A stretch of DNA of 41,673 nucleotides. It comes from Gammaproteobacteria bacterium (lineage in GTDB: Bacteria; Pseudomonadota; Gammaproteobacteria; Ga0077554; Ga007554). Location: NCBI GenBank assembly GCA_046590885.1, contig JBKJTS010000027.1, forward strand, positions 1 through 41,673, in the 5' to 3' direction. Under the pieces are notes generated by a model, which made no database searches, was not told the origin of the DNA, and saw only the letters and a list, made by a program, of their open reading frames with translations. A program made the position numbers and the translations under genes. Each line of letters starts with the position of its first letter. Positions within the stretch are counted from its first letter, which is position 1. Positions 39,362 through 41,673 of this stretch are shown one piece after another.

Positions 39362-40669
39362 ATGACCTGCATGAGCATTGAGCACTTGTACGGAGTTCCG
39401 CACCTGACCACCGTCCTGACAGGGCCGTTATTAAAGCTTGAGCGCCATTTACTGGATCATCAGGCGACTATTGAGTGGTGGTTACGCGGTCAATGGCTGG
39501 ATACCCCACCTCCTTTCTATGCTTCCGTAGATTTACGCAACGCCGGATTTAAGTTGGCGCCCGTAGACACCAATCTATTTCCCGCCGGTTTCAACAATTT
39601 GAATCCAGCGTTTATGCCACTGAGTATTCAGGCCATGCAGTCCGCTGTGGAACGTATTTGCCCGCGCGCCGCAAAAGTATTGGTGATTCCTGAAAGCCAT
39701 ACACGCAATTTATTTTACCTGGAAAACCTGGCCACGTTGGTTACCATGCTTAACAAAGGAGGATTTGAAGTACGCCTGGGCTCGTTAATTGATAACCTGA
39801 CCGACCCACTTACCATTGATTTGCCCTCAGGCCGAAATATCCGGCTAGAACCACTACTGCGGGTCGGTAATCGCGTGGGGGTTAAAGATTTTTTTCCCTG
39901 CATGATATTGCTGAATAATGACTTTTCTACAGGGCGCCCCTCATTGCTGGAAGGGTTGGAGCAACCTGTCATCCCGCCCTTGGATCTGGGCTGGTTTAAC
40001 CGGTTGAAGTCAGACCATTTCACTCACTATCGACGCGTCGCACAGGAATTCTCCGAGATTATCGACATTGATCCGTGGCTGATTGATCCGCTATTTCGCC
40101 AATGCGGTGAAATTAATTTTTTGAAACGTGAAGGTGAAGAATGTTTGGCGACCAATGTAGATGGTTTGCTGAGTTCAATTCAACGCAAATACGATGAATA
40201 TGAACTCGATAAAAAGCCCTTTGTGATTGTTAAAGCCGATGCCGGTACCTATGGCATGGGGATTATGACCGTACACTCTGCCGCAGAGATTTATGAACTC
40301 AACCGCAAGCAACGCACCCATATGTCCGCCACCAAAGGGGGACAGGACGTAACCCAGGTGATCATTCAGGAAGGTGTGTACACTTTTGAAACCTGGGGCG
40401 ATACACAAAAGGTGGCGGAACCAGTAGTGTATATGGTTGATCGTTTTGTCGTGGGTGGTTTTTATCGCGTACATACCACACGTGGCGCGAATGAAAACCT
40501 CAATGCTCCTGGCATGCAATTTGAGCCGCTGGCCTTTGCTGAACCATGTAATAACCCCGATCCCAACAAAGACCCAGACGCTCATCCTAACCGCTTTTAT
40601 GCATATGGCGTTATCGCGCGCCTGGCTATGCTCGCCGCCGCCCGTGAAATTGCTGGCACAAAAACATGA
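39362..40669 (+). CDS. gshA: Glutamate-cysteine ligase (Acidithiobacillus/beta-proteobacterial GshA type)
   Basis: 435 aa. FYASVDLRNAGFKLAPVDTNLFPAGFNNL is characteristic of this GshA lineage. Its stop overlaps the gshB ATG in an ATGA. The start could instead be the ATG at 39371. Confidence 0.85.
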   Translation: MTCMSIEHLYGVPHLTTVLTGPLLKLERHLLDHQATIEWWLRGQWLDTPPPFYASVDLRNAGFKLAPVDTNLFPAGFNNLNPAFMPLSIQAMQSAVERICPRAAKVLVIPESHTRNLFYLENLATLVTMLNKGGFEVRLGSLIDNLTDPLTIDLPSGRNIRLEPLLRVGNRVGVKDFFPCMILLNNDFSTGRPSLLEGLEQPVIPPLDLGWFNRLKSDHFTHYRRVAQEFSEIIDIDPWLIDPLFRQCGEINFLKREGEECLATNVDGLLSSIQRKYDEYELDKKPFVIVKADAGTYGMGIMTVHSAAEIYELNRKQRTHMSATKGGQDVTQVIIQEGVYTFETWGDTQKVAEPVVYMVDRFVVGGFYRVHTTRGANENLNAPGMQFEPLAFAEPCNNPDPNKDPDAHPNRFYAYGVIARLAMLAAAREIAGTKT

Positions 40670-41664
40670 GGGGGTCCTTGCACATACCACTTGAGCATCC
40701 TGCCCCGCGCACGGTAAATCTGGGCGTAGTCATGGATCCCATTGCCTCTATTAATCCCAAAAAAGATAGCACATTAGCAATGTTACTTGAAGCTCAGTCG
40801 CGCGATTGGGTGCTTTATTATATGGAGCAAGGTGATATATTTCTACGTGATGGCAAGGCTTACGCGAAAATGCAGCAGATCACCGTCAGCAATGATCTGT
40901 ATAAATGGTTTGAATTAGGACAGTCGCACCTCAAACCATTGGGTGAACTTGATGTAATCCTGATGCGTAAAGATCCACCCTTTGACATGGAATATATCTA
41001 CACCACGTATATTCTCGAGCATGCGGAAGACGATGGCGTATTAGTGGTAAATAAACCGCAAAGCCTGCGTGATGTTAATGAAAAGGCGTATACCACCTGG
41101 TTTCCAGAATGTTGCACTGCGACGTTAATCGGCCGTAATGCTGATAAATTGCGTGAATTTCTGTATGAACATGGCGATATTATTTTAAAGCCATTGGATG
41201 CTATGGGCGGTGCCTCAGTGTTTCGCATACGCGAAAATGATCCAAACATAAATGTAATCATCGAGACCATGACCCAAAGTGAAACACGCTTTGTGATGGC
41301 ACAACGCTTTATACCTGAAATCAGCGAAGGTGATAAGCGCATTTTGCTGATTGATGGTCGCCCTATCCCGTTCGCACTGGCACGCATTGCCGCACCTGGA
41401 GAAACACGCGCCAATCTAGCCGCGGGCGGCCACGGTGAAGGCGTCCCCTTGAGTGAACGTGATTTATGGATATGCGAACAGGTGGGGCCGACATTACGCG
41501 CCAAAGGTTTGATGTTTGTCGGCCTGGACGTGATTGGTGATTATCTTACCGAAATCAACGTGACCAGTCCCACCTGCATACGCGAACTTGACGCCATTTA
41601 TGATTTAAATATTAGTGGTTGGCTGATGGATTGTATTGAAACAAAATTAGGCGAAACTCTATAA
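40666..41664 (+). CDS. gshB: Glutathione synthetase (ATP-grasp)
   Basis: LGVVMDPIASINPKKDSTLAMLLEAQSRDW is collinear with the E. coli GshB N-terminus. Also ILMRKDPPFDMEYIYTTYILE and the ATP-grasp C-terminus ...LTEINVTSPT. The start is uncertain (ATG 40666, TTG 40678 or ATG 40732). Confidence 0.92.
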   Translation: MRGSLHIPLEHPAPRTVNLGVVMDPIASINPKKDSTLAMLLEAQSRDWVLYYMEQGDIFLRDGKAYAKMQQITVSNDLYKWFELGQSHLKPLGELDVILMRKDPPFDMEYIYTTYILEHAEDDGVLVVNKPQSLRDVNEKAYTTWFPECCTATLIGRNADKLREFLYEHGDIILKPLDAMGGASVFRIRENDPNINVIIETMTQSETRFVMAQRFIPEISEGDKRILLIDGRPIPFALARIAAPGETRANLAAGGHGEGVPLSERDLWICEQVGPTLRAKGLMFVGLDVIGDYLTEINVTSPTCIRELDAIYDLNISGWLMDCIETKLGETL

Positions 41665-41673
41665 GATCCCGCT

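Noticed and set aside
39237-39365. 42-codon uORF (MLKIIGINQNLIFLFPSS...) ending in an ATGA overlap with the gshA start, inside a 409-nt AT-rich gap
   Set aside because: It has no RBS, and its AT-rich composition makes long open frames without GC-containing stops plausible by chance. The gshA start itself is ambiguous (39362 or 39371). It is worth checking only if Ribo-seq data are available.

Overview
This 41.7-kb window is a chromosomal segment from a Gram-negative bacterium. It is probably a beta-proteobacterium, judged from the conserved miaA-hfq-hflX order, the Acidithiobacillus-type gshA followed by gshB, and roughly 50% GC by eye. I support about 32 protein genes and one tRNA. I found no rRNA, CRISPR array, transposase or integrase.

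The housekeeping backbone is hflX (partial), hfq, miaA, tRNA-Ser(UGA), a YccA/BI-1 family protein, a HI0933-type flavoprotein, an AsnB-family amidotransferase, smrB, mfd, pyrD, hemH, thioredoxin, htpG (with a clear sigma32-type promoter), pgm, gshA and gshB.

Accessory modules sit between these genes:
1. An AT-rich TetR / MMPL-RND / LolA-like / beta-barrel operon (8117-13176).
2. A four-gene periplasmic operon (17333-20282) encoding a DUF4399-like secreted protein, a 4-TM protein and two tandem FGE/SUMF1-fold paralogues. Both paralogues lack the FGE catalytic Cys pair.
3. A classical OMF-MFP-RND efflux operon (23280-28701).
4. A stand-alone MshE/PilB-class ATPase with tandem MshEN-like c-di-GMP motifs, divergently paired with an I-site GGDEF cyclase (32926-36047). 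No pilus or secretion partner genes are in the window.
5. A DedA(VTT)-flavoprotein disulfide reductase fusion next to a DUF1348 gene.

Modules 4 and 2 are the best candidates for poorly described biology. All family assignments come from reading motifs in the translations, not from database searches.
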